Positions 36,753 through 49,780 of a DNA stretch of 64,000 nucleotides are shown piece after piece (position 1 is the first letter of the stretch; each line of letters opens with the position of its first letter). Origin of the DNA: Fimicolochytrium jonesii (Eukaryota). The notes beneath the pieces are model-generated. The model made no database searches and was not told the DNA's origin. It was given only the letters and a program-made list of their open reading frames with translations. The stretch spans positions 1,054,001 to 1,118,000 of the forward strand of contig NW_026515671.1 of the NCBI RefSeq assembly GCF_025526975.1, in the 5' to 3' direction. The position numbers and the translations under genes were made by a program.

Positions 36753-39700
36753 TCATCGGCGTGCGCCAGGCTTCGAGACACTATATGCCTTCCTCATGAG
36801 GTCCATCCTTCGATCGCTCGGCTGCGATTTGGTAACGTTTTTGTTCGGAGGCAGTGCGGGTAAAGGTGATAGTGACGTATTCATGGATGTTCCGGCATTT
36901 TTCTTCCCAACAGGTCCTGATCCAACGTCTGATGACCTCCGAGAGATTTTGCTGTCGTTCTTCTCCATTTCCCCTTCATCATCCTCATCGAAGTCGTCAT
37001 CGCTAATATTCGCCTCATGGTCTCCTCCATCTCGAGGCTGTACCACGATGGTTGGTACCCCATGTTGATCTAGTATTTTCCGTTGACGAATACGAGCTGC
37101 CGTACGCTGGATGTTGGTTTCCAAAGTTCTACTGGCATCGCGACCATTGGCAAAATTTGCTTTGTTCGCAAGCAATTCATTGTGGAGAGAGCCCAACTGC
37201 GTCGCGACAGCTGACCCTCCCTTACTGCTTGCAGCCCCTTTCTGCAACTCCAACACTCTGTCCAGGGCTGTCTGGTGTGCCAGCATGGATGCGTCCATCA
37301 GGATTTTCGTTTGCGATTGAACAAGGCGTTGCATTTGTGTCACATGCTGGAGATCTTCATCTATAGAATAGATTTTGGTGATCAGATATGTATGTTACTA
37401 ACCGCGCCGAGGGAACTGGACTGCAACTTACTATCTGCTCGAAAGAAATGCAAGCGAACAGTTAGGTCCAAGATTTCTCTTTCGCGAGCATCAAGGGAGG
37501 TTGGTAAACTCTACATTGATTGTGTCAGGTGTCCCGTGCTGTTTGCAAGCGCCCAACGTCACGATAAAGGCATTCACCTTTTGGATGTGACGAATCTCAT
37601 CTTCGATGCCGTCAACTTTGGTCCGCAGCTCATCTAGCTCTGCTTCGTCCTCTAGGTCTTCTTCTGCCGCAATCAGATATTTGAAGGACTCCTGATGTCG
37701 TGCAAACGCTCTTTCTAACACTGTCCGCAATTGCGAGAATATTGGGGACGGAGCTTCATTCGCTGGTTCATTGATGGATCCAACAGACCGCCGCTGCTGT
37801 ATTGTGGTGTATGTCGACTCCTTTGTCCCTGGGCGATGTAACGGCGGCAGCTTCTCCTCATATCGGGGTCGACCAGCGACACTGCTACGCTTGCTTCCGG
37901 GCCCCTGTGTTTGGAACAGATCTCTGGCACTGATATTCGCAGCCGCTCTGATAGGATTATCAGCGAGAAGGTGCGTGCTTTCCGCACGTGTCAGTCGGTC
38001 TTTCAGAACTCCGATTTCCCCTTGCAGCTGCTGTATCGTGGCATTGTACGGCTCATATTTTGTGGATACCTGTTGCGTAACCTAGAAGCAGCGGCAGCAC
38101 ATCTCAGACTCTCTCTTTCGACTCTACTGCCGCTGCATGCTTACCTTCGTTTTGATGGTGCGCGCCCTGGTAGCATATTTTAGAGTATTCAGAGTCTCAT
38201 CAAAGCTTGTGGAAGCTGGACTGATGTTGGCTATCATGACTGTCCGGCAGTTTCCGCCCAGAGAGTCCTAGTCGGTGAAAATGTTGTTAATCGGTGCAAG
38301 CTCTCCAGGTGCTTCAGAAGTGAGAAGGATAGTAGTTGATTGATGACACAGATGAAATGCCCGACCTACTTTGAGGAGCCTGGTGAGCTTACTGTCCCTG
38401 TAATTGACGTACTTTCCGCGCTTCGAGGTATCGGCGAGGGCGGTTATGCAGTTGCCCAGGGCCAGCAATGATCGATTGATATTCGCGCCTTCGATCATTC
38501 TCAAGCCTCGATTCTGGTGTATATGCGGGAATAGTGATGAGTTGGAAATATATAATGTGTCAAGTCATGGCGAGCCGTGGTGAAGTCCAGGGATGTGTTT
38601 ACCTTCGTCTCAGCAGCCCTTTCTGCAATGATGTGCGTAAGCGTTAGGTATTGACCAGGGCTGAAGAGTCTCATGCTCCAGGTGAGACGTACCTGATCCC
38701 GCCAGATCGATCATACTGAGTTTTCCATAACGCTCTGTTCTCTTCCCGGTCTTGTTTGCGGTAGCACAGCCTACTAGCACCTTGGGGAAAGGACAATTGA
38801 AGTGCAAGATTCACCAAGATCGGCCTATGTACGTGAGACGCAGGTCTAGACATAACAGCTTCCTAGCATATGGGCACATTCTCACCTGCAGAACCGCATG
38901 AGATCGAGATGAGGCCTCGTTTGCGCCTGTGGCCTCCTGTGTTCGATATCGGTTCCGCTTCTTCAACACTGCCAATATCTCTTCCACATCTCTGACTCGG
39001 ACGCTCGTAATCCCCGACACCACGACACCCCGTGTCGGATCTTCCCGGAGGTCCAAGTAGTCAGCTCTTGGTACACTGACACCCGACAGTAGGTCTCGAA
39101 TGTTCTCATTGTAGATTTCCAGGAAAGTGAGACTGACGGTGTAGGTGGTTGACGGGGTTGATGAGGGCTGCCGGCCTTTTTTTGGTTTCGACCGTGCTTC
39201 TGGCTGATCACCGTTATGCTTCAAGACAGCAAACAGTGCCCGCAGAGTCAGATTTATGATGCCGGGCTCCGTGTCGTTTCCAAGCATGGAATATGTCTTG
39301 CCCGCTAGAATTGATGCTTCAGTAAGAAAGTGATCCAACACAAATCAAAAGAGTTGAACCCCATACCTCCTGAAGATTCATTTTCGACATCGAGGTACGG
39401 CAACGAAGGTCAGTGGCTTCATCTTTACTTCTGGTCGCTATGTTTCATCATTTTTTTTCCGCTACACTTTAGTGATACTTACCAGTTGCCCCTGGAAGAC
39501 ATCAAGTGGGTCAGCAGCGCTCGTATGCGAAACACTGGAACTGCCGCTTACCGTATGCAAAAACGGTCGCATTGAACCCGTCTACGACCCAATGGACCAA
39601 GTTCTCCACTGTTCCTTGGAAGACTTCCTCCTGTGTCGCATTTTCGCCAAATACGCGGTCGAATGCGTATATGCGCTCTTTCGGACGATCCTTCCGAAGG

Positions 39701-40004
39701 TGGTCGTCAAAAGTCTCAGGAGTAGGTTCAGTGACGATCACGTTCTAAGGACGCAGAATACTCGTTACAACCGAATATCCATGCAGTGGTGGACCGAAAA
39801 TTTTCTATAGACACTAACTGTATCGTCTAGCGCTCGGGCGGTCGTTTGTACGTTCTCTTTTGCAAAGTCTTTCGGAGCCAGAGGGCGAATGCGGACTGAC
39901 ACCTACTGGAAGAATCAGTGCATGTCTGATACAATCACGTCGATAGAATATAGTCGCACCGTCAGTTTGGAAACTCCAGAATTGCGCTCATTTGCATCTT
40001 CCAT
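36753..40004 (-). CDS. KIF19: Kinesin-8 family motor, KIF19-like
   Basis: ATG 40004; VSVRIRP, YAFDRVF, FAYGATGAGKTYSM (needs micro-exons), [55 protein letters not shown]; coiled-coil tail; TGA 36755-36753. Confidence 0.88.
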
Positions 40005-40550
40005 GATCAAGATCGAATCTATCCATTTGCTCCTCGACCAGGTCACAGGAGGAAACTATCCTTGTACTGGAAGGCCAGCACGATGATAGCAGACAAGCTA
40101 CCGATGGGCCTCAGCACACTGGGAAATTGTTCTTCGCTATTTGGCGCGGAATGCATTTAAAGCTCATTAGTGTACTCATTTTGAAGCCAAATCAACACGG
40201 GGTCCTTCTTACTCGGTCCCAGTCTTTCGACCATTTGCTTCTCAGATTCTGGAGGCAGATCAATTACCCCAAAAATCGGAGTTTCGATCGTGACTAGGAC
40301 TTCACGCGACACCCGTCGAAATGTCATTTCCGTGTCGAAATATCCGTCTGCACTGCGTCTCGGTCATGTCAGACTTGATGAAAGATTGGACACATATGCC
40401 AGATTGATATTGAACTCCATGAACGTAGAGATACTTCCAAAAAAATTGCCCGGAGTTCCTCTGACTGTACTACGGAACTCGCGACAAAACTATGTACAGA
40501 ACTATATGATACAATGCATATGGGTAAAATGAAACGCCAAGGAAGACAAC

Positions 40551-43500
40551 CTAGCCTTTATACTTGTCTTCCATAGACGCTTTCCGACTTGGGTCCATAC
40601 TATTTTGCAAACCCATTAGGGTTTTGGATACCGCCTCTGTCGCTCCAATCATGGGTCGAAGGACGGCAACAGGGACCGCCCGAATGACGGCGCGTACAGT
40701 GCCCTGTAGAGGTGAGAATGGTGAGAATCGCATCACATCGACGTCGGCACCCGGAGCAATGACAAACCTGTGTGCCCGTGTTCTCATAGACTTCTGTGGG
40801 CACCGCAAGAACGGTCCTTGCGGCAGTAGCGACGTTGCGACTCAGTCCTTTCCAACCGAGCTCAACACCTTCCCGCATATCCAGCGGCTGTTCCGAATAC
40901 TTGCTGATCTGGTCGGCACTCCCAGATGGGCCAAAGCCATATTCGGTGTTATCGCCGTTGGATCCGCCACCCTCACCACCCAGTATCTCATCTGCCTGCT
41001 CAAGTAGTACTTGTGTGCCAACGGCGAGCTTCGTGCCCATCTTGATGGTTTCTGTCGTAGCGGCCTTCGCGAAAGACTTTGCACCCTTTTGCAGGCCTCG
41101 CAATATCCGGCCGTCCTTTTTGTACTGTTCGATGGGGAGGAGAACGAGGTCCGCGATGCCGGAACCGAGATTGACGATTGACTTCACCCCGGTGACGCCC
41201 GACGCCATATTAGGCAGTTGGGTGTCGCGAATGTGCGGTAGCCATTGTTTGAAGATACCATCGAGAATCCTGTCGAAGCCCTTCACCTGGAATCATGAGG
41301 AGCGCTCAGTCGACGGAGACGCATGGATGGAAACACGCATGTCCGTACTTACCCCTGTCAGTCTGACACCGCGTAAGTTCATTAACGCGCCTTCCAAGGG
41401 GAAGAAGTTCAAAATCTCAATGAAATTTCCGCCTTTCAGATTGGCGTAGTCTACATGCTTGGGCTTGTAGTCAATCTTCAAGGACAACGGTTGTATGTCG
41501 CAGAGTTCTGTATGGATATTGGATCTCATGAGCTTCCCATGACATGGTTTGCAAGCAACTTGGACGATTCTCATGACTTACGGAAAAAGGTATTATCGGG
41601 TGCTGGTGGCCCAGGAGGAGACGGAGGGAAGGGATGCTCATACGTAAAGAAACGGATGAGGCAAGTCAAGGCATCTTGATCCACATGCATGCGCAGAGGG
41701 AGGAGTTCGATCTGGAGGACAATCCGGTCAGCGGGCTTGTGCGAATGGGGCCTGCTTCATCACTCACATTCAATCTCAACTCCTCGTCGCCATTTGGTTC
41801 CGGTATCGGCCTCACGCTGCTCAAATTGACCTTGATGATCTTGCTGCTCGTCTCCCGCGGTGCAGCGTTCCCTTCCGGTCGCATGTAGGAGAGGAACTTT
41901 CTCCACCTAGACGTGGACAGGTTGTCGATGATCTCAAAGTCCCTGACATTGACATCAAGCTCCCACGCCGTTTGTGCCGTCGCAGAGTATGTATCATAAT
42001 TGATGTTGACCGCGTATGCGCGGAACATGATTTGCGGCGTCTGCGTTCGCACGAGTTCTGCTACGGATGTTGGGACTTTCCGCCGCCTTGTTCCCTTCGA
42101 CTTCTTTTCCTCTTGGGGCCGCGACGAAACGCCAGTAGCGGTGCTGTATTCGCTGACAGTATCGTCGTGGTCTCTCCAATTATCGAAGGTCGCGGATGAT
42201 CCCTGCTGCAAAGTGGGTAGGAACTGATGCGCGATCTCAAACGCATTGTTTTCGATCGGCACGCCAAGTTCCGTCGACGATTCTCTCCAAAGAGTGGGCC
42301 TCATCATCCCATTTTCGCCAGACGGTGAACTGCCCGCAGACCCAAAACTCGCTGCTCTTTGCATTCTATTTGGCGGAGTGTGGCCATGATCACTCGGGGG
42401 TTGATGAGGTTTATCGGCTTTTTGAGCGTGGCTCCTCTGGAATACGAAATCGCGATGAGCCTCCCAGTCATATCCATCGTAGATGTTCCAGACAATGTCG
42501 AGATCATGTAAGCGAACGCGGAACATGCTCTTCTCGCCTCCCCTTCGTGAGCAATATAGAGTGAGCGTCATATGAGCAGACGAATTCTCAGCCATACTCT
42601 GTCGTACCGGTTGCCTTCCATATTCCGCTTCTCAGCAGCAGCAGACACCTGCGCAAAGTAATTCTCCGTAATCGTGAACCCCTTCTGATCGCCAAACACC
42701 CGAGTCCGTTCATTCTCAGCATTCCCTCCTTGTGAGCTCTTCCCAGGGCTGCTCCCGTGTGGTCTAGTGATTGCCGATTCACCAATACCGAAATCGAAAT
42801 CATCAGACGTGCCAGGAGAGAAGGATTCGCTTTCCGGGGAACTGCCATCAATGCTGCGGCCGACAGACATGTTGTCGATAGACTCCATCTGCAGATCGTA
42901 AGAATCTCTCCGACTGCGAAGCGATTCCGCTGAGCGTGATTTGACACCGCCAAATACGTCTTCTTCGAGACTCGCTACGTTTTTTTGTGGGAACACGGGT
43001 TTAAGCTGTGATAGTACACGAATGTCCATTCATAAGAATCTGGTTTTACAGTACCTATAAGATCATCATGATTCCCCGATAGCATAGTAGCAACCGGCTC
43101 CGGGTGCCTATTAACAGGCGGATTCCTGCGCAGTCGTCAGCCATACGGTGCATGGATGCCATATATCCTGCCCCTATACGTACTCAGTGTCCTCCGAGCC
43201 TTTACTATCGCCAATGTTCTTGATCAACGAAATCAGAGTTTGAAAAGAGTCGGCACAAGTGTCCAGGCTGAGTTGGTTGTTGGTCACATCTATCTGCAAA
43301 GTGCAGTGTCAGAAAGATCGAAAGAGCCACCTGCCGGCTGCGTTGAAAATGACTCACTTCCAGCGACGGACTTATGCTTCCGCTGTTGGTCCGCAGAGAT
43401 AGTTCCAGAAAGTTGCATGCCAAGACATGTGCGAAACCAATGTTCTACGGAATTCTGTGTTAAACACCGTATATCATGCCGAGAAAGGAGCAACATACCG

Positions 43501-46500
43501 TCCAATGTTTCTTAGTGTGCATGAAACCACCCAACGTCTGCAACTCGACTTCCTTCCGCTTACTGTCGTCTTCAATGGCGAATATGCATGCGTTGTACAA
43601 CAACACCTTCACGCTGACAGTGGGCGACTCTGGTATCAAATCGCAGGAGATCTTCACACTGTCAAGGACCAAAACCGCTCGCGACGGTATGTCGACCGGG
43701 CTGTAGTCCACACAGCCGTCCAGTAGATTGACATGCAGCTTTGTGAATCTGCTCGCCGTGTCGACCAACGCGACCTCTGGGGGCTCTTTGAAAAAGTTGC
43801 CGAGGTCGCGGGCGAGTGGGAGGACTGCAGCGGACCGTAAGGTGAAAGCGTGCAGGTTGAACGATGCCCAAGTCTCTTTCATATTCAGCTCCTCGTCGAA
43901 TTTTAGAGAGAACGATACCGAGAGCATCTGTTGCGGCTGTGACGCATGCGGAAGGGTGCGATCCAGGCATGGTGAGGGCGTTTGCTCTGCTTTTGATGTT
44001 TTGATCACCGACAGATCCTGGGCGTCGATCCAGATATACGTCGTGGGCTTTCCCTCGTGGCCGTTGACGACGAACAGGCGGAGATCTTCCGCGTCCAGTG
44101 TGTACATCAGCTGCTGGTCTGGATCTGGCTTCTCCTCCGCATCGGCTGCGTGTATCACCGCGCTGAAAGCGTTCGAGTTCACTATCAGTGTCATCGTCGA
44201 AGGATCGCGCCTGACAGGAGATTTTTGAGACTCTTGTGAGGTTGTATACGATTCGGGAAACGTAGTCGATGTATCAGGCTGACGAAATTCCAAGACGGGT
44301 ATTAAGGGCATGGAGAGTCCCAGAGGGGGCGCGGGTATCTCTGTCTTGGCCGACTCTTCCTGATAAGGTGCCAAAACGCTCAGCAGAACCTGCAAGCCAT
44401 CGTACGCATCCTTCGTCAAGTTCACGCAACATGTTGGGACATATCCATCGATATGTACTAACTAAACCAGATAGATCAGCAAAAGGGTACTGCCACAGAG
44501 CTCACAGACCAACGCAACCTACCGACTCCTGTATAGCCCGCTGCTTAAACCACAAAAGATCCTTATCTTCACTACTCTCGCCCTTCCGTTTCGGACTGCC
44601 TGCCGATTGTTTGCCAACATCCAGCCAGCTCTGCAGTCCATAAGGCGATAGATCTTCCTCACTGCTTTCCCTATTGAGTGTAAACCCTCCACTTGCGGCG
44701 TGAAGATCGAGGGAAGGTCTCTCGAGTAACTCATCGCATACATGGGACCGAAGGGTGACGTCTATACTTGGTCGGCTGTCGCCTGTTTGTCCTAGAGGTG
44801 AGGTGGTGGCGGACTTATCCATCAACATGAATGGTTGAATGGTAAGACCTGGATGAATCATAAAAATCCGTCGTGAGCATGAAGGTCCTACGCTTGAGGC
44901 CGACCCAAGGGTGCGAAAGGTAATACCTGACGGGCTGGCTCTCGAGTTAACAAGAGCAACGCCACCGACTTCCCAGGACAGCGACCACCGCCTGCTCTCA
45001 TTCAGGCCGTGCGTTGAGCAGGTTCCTAAAGGTTGGTGCAGCGACCCCAGACTACCGCGCCTCTTGCTCGTATGTTCCGTCACCTCCAGCGACGTGGATA
45101 CATCGACATCGATGAGATCGAGGAGCAAGCTATCATAGGGAATAGAGGACGTCGGCTCTGCCACGTTCAGCCAGCAACGTAACAACGCGATCTGGACCTG
45201 GAATGTCCGGTTCCCGTTGTCCATGTCCAAGCTGCTGTTACTCCCAGCTAGGTCATCCATAATGTTCCCGACAGGTGTATCGTCGAATGGAGACGAGCTA
45301 GTATACCCTTCCCCGGTTGCTTCCGTATCAACGGTCTTCACCAACCTCAAAACTCGGTTGATGGCTGCTGCGTTGATATACACATTGACCGGTGCAAGCT
45401 TCACGGAAACTTTTGGCGATGGCCGTATGTGGGAGGAGTGGTCCGAAAATGAAGCTCTCGATGCCTGCAGGCTCACGACTATTGCACAGGAGCTCGTCTC
45501 TCCTACGACGGGCGACCGGACATCATTCCGCAACGTCGGCATGGCCTTCGAAGGCTTATATATGGATGACGCGGGTATCACCGGTTTCCCAAGTTGCGCA
45601 TACAGATCTCGAATCTCGTCCGTATTTGCCCCCACGTCAAACATGACTATTGGTTGATAGGAATTCGGAGTCGATTTCGGTCCTGCGTCTGAAGTCCTTT
45701 GTTAATCAACAGTCACCAAGCAACGGCCCTAGAGCGGTGACATACCAGTATCCTGCACCCATTCTGAGAGTCCAGCCTCAGCAATGTAGAGCTCAGAGAT
45801 ATCGTCTGGAGACCGGCTCCTCCTTCTCCCGCGTGGAGCTTTCCCGTAAGCTGCCAGAATGCCATGGAGGGCAATCTTGATATGATCCGCGCCTATCAGT
45901 TCTCCAAGCATCACGTCCACCGACAGCTTCCCGGCATTCAGTCTCGTGTTGACTTTTGTTATGAAGCTCCGTGATAGATCAGAATGCAATACATCACGCC
46001 TGCCGCTGAAATATGTAATGAAGAACATCGATTCGTCTATCACGGGCGGCGCTAAACTCGTCACGAGGTAGAGATGGGCATGCGCGGTCCTGATGTGTAT
46101 TCGGAGAGACTTCGGAAGTGGCGTATCGCTGTTGTTGACAAATTCCCCAGCAGCCGGATACCCACGACTTCCCCAATCCTGCTGGATATCACTCGGCGGT
46201 GAGGAGCTTGACATGGACCTATGCTTGCGAGAGAGGTTCGACATGTTGATATCCTCGCTTCCTTGTTCAAACTGCCGGCTTTGTGCTAGTATCAGTATGC
46301 TTTCTTGCAGTGACGAGACCATCTCCATCAATATTGAGTGGTGGTATGGCAATATAAGGGCGCATATCGAGAATATTGAGATGTCCACCTCAACACGCGG
46401 TCGGCGTACAGGCATATTTTGCCGTAAGTGCTGATCTGTGTGATTGCCCTCATCGATGAGTATCCGGATCTCATCATCCGGGCTTTTGGCTGTCGATGCA

Positions 46501-47528
46501 AGGACTGCAGAGAAGCAGAATGTTGGCTCTCTTGCTGGCATGTTGGGTTCTGCCGGAATACTTTCTGGATGGAGCTGGTTTAAGCTAACGGTCAATCCAG
46601 AGAAGCGCACGGTTTTCACTTTGGGAGCCGATGGTAGCGACGCGTTCGATACGTCGGCTTCTGGCGTTTCGTCCTGGAACGCCAGCGAGGATAGGTCGAA
46701 GTCCAGGTAGTATATATGGGGACCGCTTCCCGGAACGCCTTTTGCCATCGAGTGTGGTGACGAATGACAAAAGCGTAACTTCGTATTGCGAACTGTAAAC
46801 TTAACCTTCGCTAGGATCTTGTCGATCACTCCGGCAAGCACCTGTAGACCCTCTAATCCACCAGGTGGCACCCCGCCGTTCGAGAAGCTCGACGCGCCGG
46901 GATCGTCTGCACCAGAACCTTCAGCTCCTCCGCTAAATTCGTCGTCATCGGTAGCTTCGCTACGGAGGAAGTTCTCGGCGAAATGTATCGAGGACGACAT
47001 GATATGGGAGTCGGACATCTGCGATGACTTGGAGAGACCTGTAGCGCGGTATCAGGATCTAATTGCAGGATCCTCTGCACATGATTGTATACAAACCATT
47101 TTCCGGGTCGTCCGCGACTGAGGCAACTTCGATATTTAATCCATCTAATTCCAGAGTGCAGCTTGAGTTGCTCAGGTCCTTCCATGGTATATACGCCTGA
47201 ATACTCTTGATGCTTCCGCTCGTGACGACGACCGGCAGGTCAGCTACGAGATCATTCAGGACCTAAAAGGAAATCATTAAAACGAAATCATTCTCCGTGA
47301 GCATCTAAAGGTTCACTGCTGTTGAAGTCATTGGCGATCTCTAACCTCTAAGTTCAACTCCAAGTCCTTCAGGACCACTTGTCCCTTGCCAAACTCGACA
47401 TCCAAATTTTCCAGGTCGATTTCAGCCGCGAGAAACTGGCCAATCGCTCGCTTCAATAGGAACTTCAATAGCCGCTTCTGAAGTCCTTGCGGCACGGACC
47501 ATCCGGAGAACGGCCAAAAGTACGACAT
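40551..47528 (-). CDS. ATG2: Autophagy-related lipid transfer protein 2
   Basis: Chorein-N start (LQKRLLKFLLKRAIGQFL...DLENLDV), RDFEIIDNLSTSRWRKFL, LPLRMHVDQDAL, LKIDYKPKHVD, and ATG_C region (DLVLLPIEQYKKDGRI, YSEQP, EDKYKG*); multi-exon. Confidence 0.95.
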
Positions 47529-47930
47529 AATGTCTCCTCCCTGCTCCTTTTTGAACGAGTCGGTATAGACTCAATCGCCTCACACCCAAATGCTTCAGGT
47601 CCTTCTCGAAGTTAATGAACTTTTTTCGGCTGAGGAGTTTGAGCAATGGACCGTAGGAAAACTCTGGTTTGAAACTTTACGATGGGTCTATCGAAAGCCC
47701 ATGGGAACTTTTGAGCAGATTGAACAGTAAGTGCGGAAGTGGGCGATGGGCACGCGATGGAGAGTCATCACTTTGCAAACTGATGACGCTCCGCTTCCAG
47801 CATTTATATCACGATCACATGACCTTCTAGGTCGTCTTGAAAAACTCGTATTCCCTGCAACCACCTCGACAACAACGCCTGCTGGCATCCCAACGCCGAC
47901 CAATTAAGTGCTCGGGACAACCTGCAGACA

Positions 47931-49218
47931 ATGACTGCAGTAAGACCAAGCATCCGGCTACGCCCAACCTGCCTACTACGGCAACCGTCGATTAGCGGTG
48001 TAACTGCACCATGTCGTTTTTCCCGACAAGCACTAGCGCTATCACAAGCGATAGGGCCATTAGCATCGTCACGCCTGCAGTTTTCCACCACACCCAAATC
48101 CCGCCACCCAACAGCAACATTCAATCTCGAGAACCCTTACGGAGTGGAAACTCCCACACTGCTGCATCATCTTACTCCGGTGGCTCGCGGAGCTGATACG
48201 CTCGATCTCACAGACGTACCTTCCTTCGAAGACATAAACAGTATGTATCTTGGGACGGAAGATCTGCGGACTTTCGGTTCGGGCTGGACGAGTGGCGAGC
48301 GAACCGAGGATAAATGCATCGTAGCTCTCAGGTCCGCTGGGTGGATCCGCGATAGCCCGAAAGTCCGAAACGAACATTTGCAACATCAAAGCACTTTACT
48401 TACCGCCCTCGTTTTCCCAGACTACTACTGGAAATCCCCATCAATCCAAGCATTCCTGCAATCCTTCTCAACAGGTCAGTCGGTCGGTCTCATCGAACTC
48501 GACCGTACGGTCTTTGGAGCCGACCCGCGATCCGATTTGCTCGCTCGCGCACTTCGCTACGAAGAGAGTTGGTTGGAACAGGGAACGGAGAGCACAAAGG
48601 CGTTGGGGCAGGTCCGTGGATCTACGAGGAAGGCGTTTCCGCAAAAGGGAAGGGGAAAAGCACGTGTGGGAACTGTTCGTGCACCACAATGGAAAGGAGG
48701 TATGGCGTCGAACCGCGGGCCAAGAATTCGAAGTATTCCCATTCCAGAGAGGAACTGACGAGTCTAATTTGATGTACACAGGTTACAGAGTACACGGCCC
48801 CCGCCCGCACGACAAATCCACCGACATTCCCCGCAAAGTTTACTCCTTTGCCATCCGCTCCGCCCTCTCCGCCAAATTCCGCCAAGACCAGCTCCTCGTC
48901 GTCGACAGCTTAACCCTCGACTCGGACCTCAAAGCCACCCTAATGGAGAAACTGCTCGCCTTATCCGTCAATAACAAAACCGTGTATTTTATGTACGGCA
49001 ACGAGGAGCCCGAGGAGCTGCTGATCAAGGCCGCGGGCAAGTTCAAGAGGAAGGAGCCGGTGCCAAAGGCGAAGGGGTTTGCGGGTCTGCCGGCTGAGAA
49101 GCCGCTGTTGGTGTCGAGTGCGAGGGAGGTTTCGGTCACGCCGTTGTTGAGGAACGAGATTTTGGTGTTGGATAAGGCGGCGGTGGAGGTCTTGGAGGAG
49201 ATGTATCACCAGGAATAG
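47931..49218 (+). CDS. MRPL4: Mitochondrial ribosomal protein uL4m (MRPL4/YmL6)
   Basis: Arg/Ser-rich presequence; QGTESTK...VRGSTRKAFPQKGRGKARVG...RAPQWKGG|YRVHGPRP. Introns 48241-48420 (predicted) and 48700-48781. Confidence 0.92.
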
Positions 49219-49780
49219 ACGGGATCTTTGCCCGGGAAACGGCCGTGATGATAATGGAGCGGGTATGACTCTGCTCATGGTCGTAATGGCCGTGGGAACA
49301 CCGTGCACACGCTGGACAGGGGTTGCAATTCGTCCGCAGGGACCACGAGGACGTTGCCCCTATAATGGCACGGACACGCTGTTTTCTGTCCGAGCCAGCC
49401 TTGTCCTGCGATGGAGGATACTTCGAAGCCCAGCCTGGCAGATATAGGTCGCAACGACACCAGCTCCCCTCACGTGTAGATATGGAGCGCTTGACCGCGC
49501 GTATAGATTTTTATTACACATCTCCAGCATGCATAATTCATATCCATTGCAGTGTCTAAAGATCTGGTTTCTCTGATGGACTGGGTTGCACCATCGTGGT
49601 TGCGTCCAGAACCAGGGGTATAGGGAGGTGGGGAATATACTACACATTCTCCGACCAGGTGCGGGGGCGGGTAAAGGAGCGGGACTCTTGGGAGTGAGAG
49701 CGGGCGGTGAGAACCACCAGGATACAGCGACAAGTAAGTACTTTGGCGGAGTTAGGCAGCCAGTTAGAAGGGGTGAAGTG

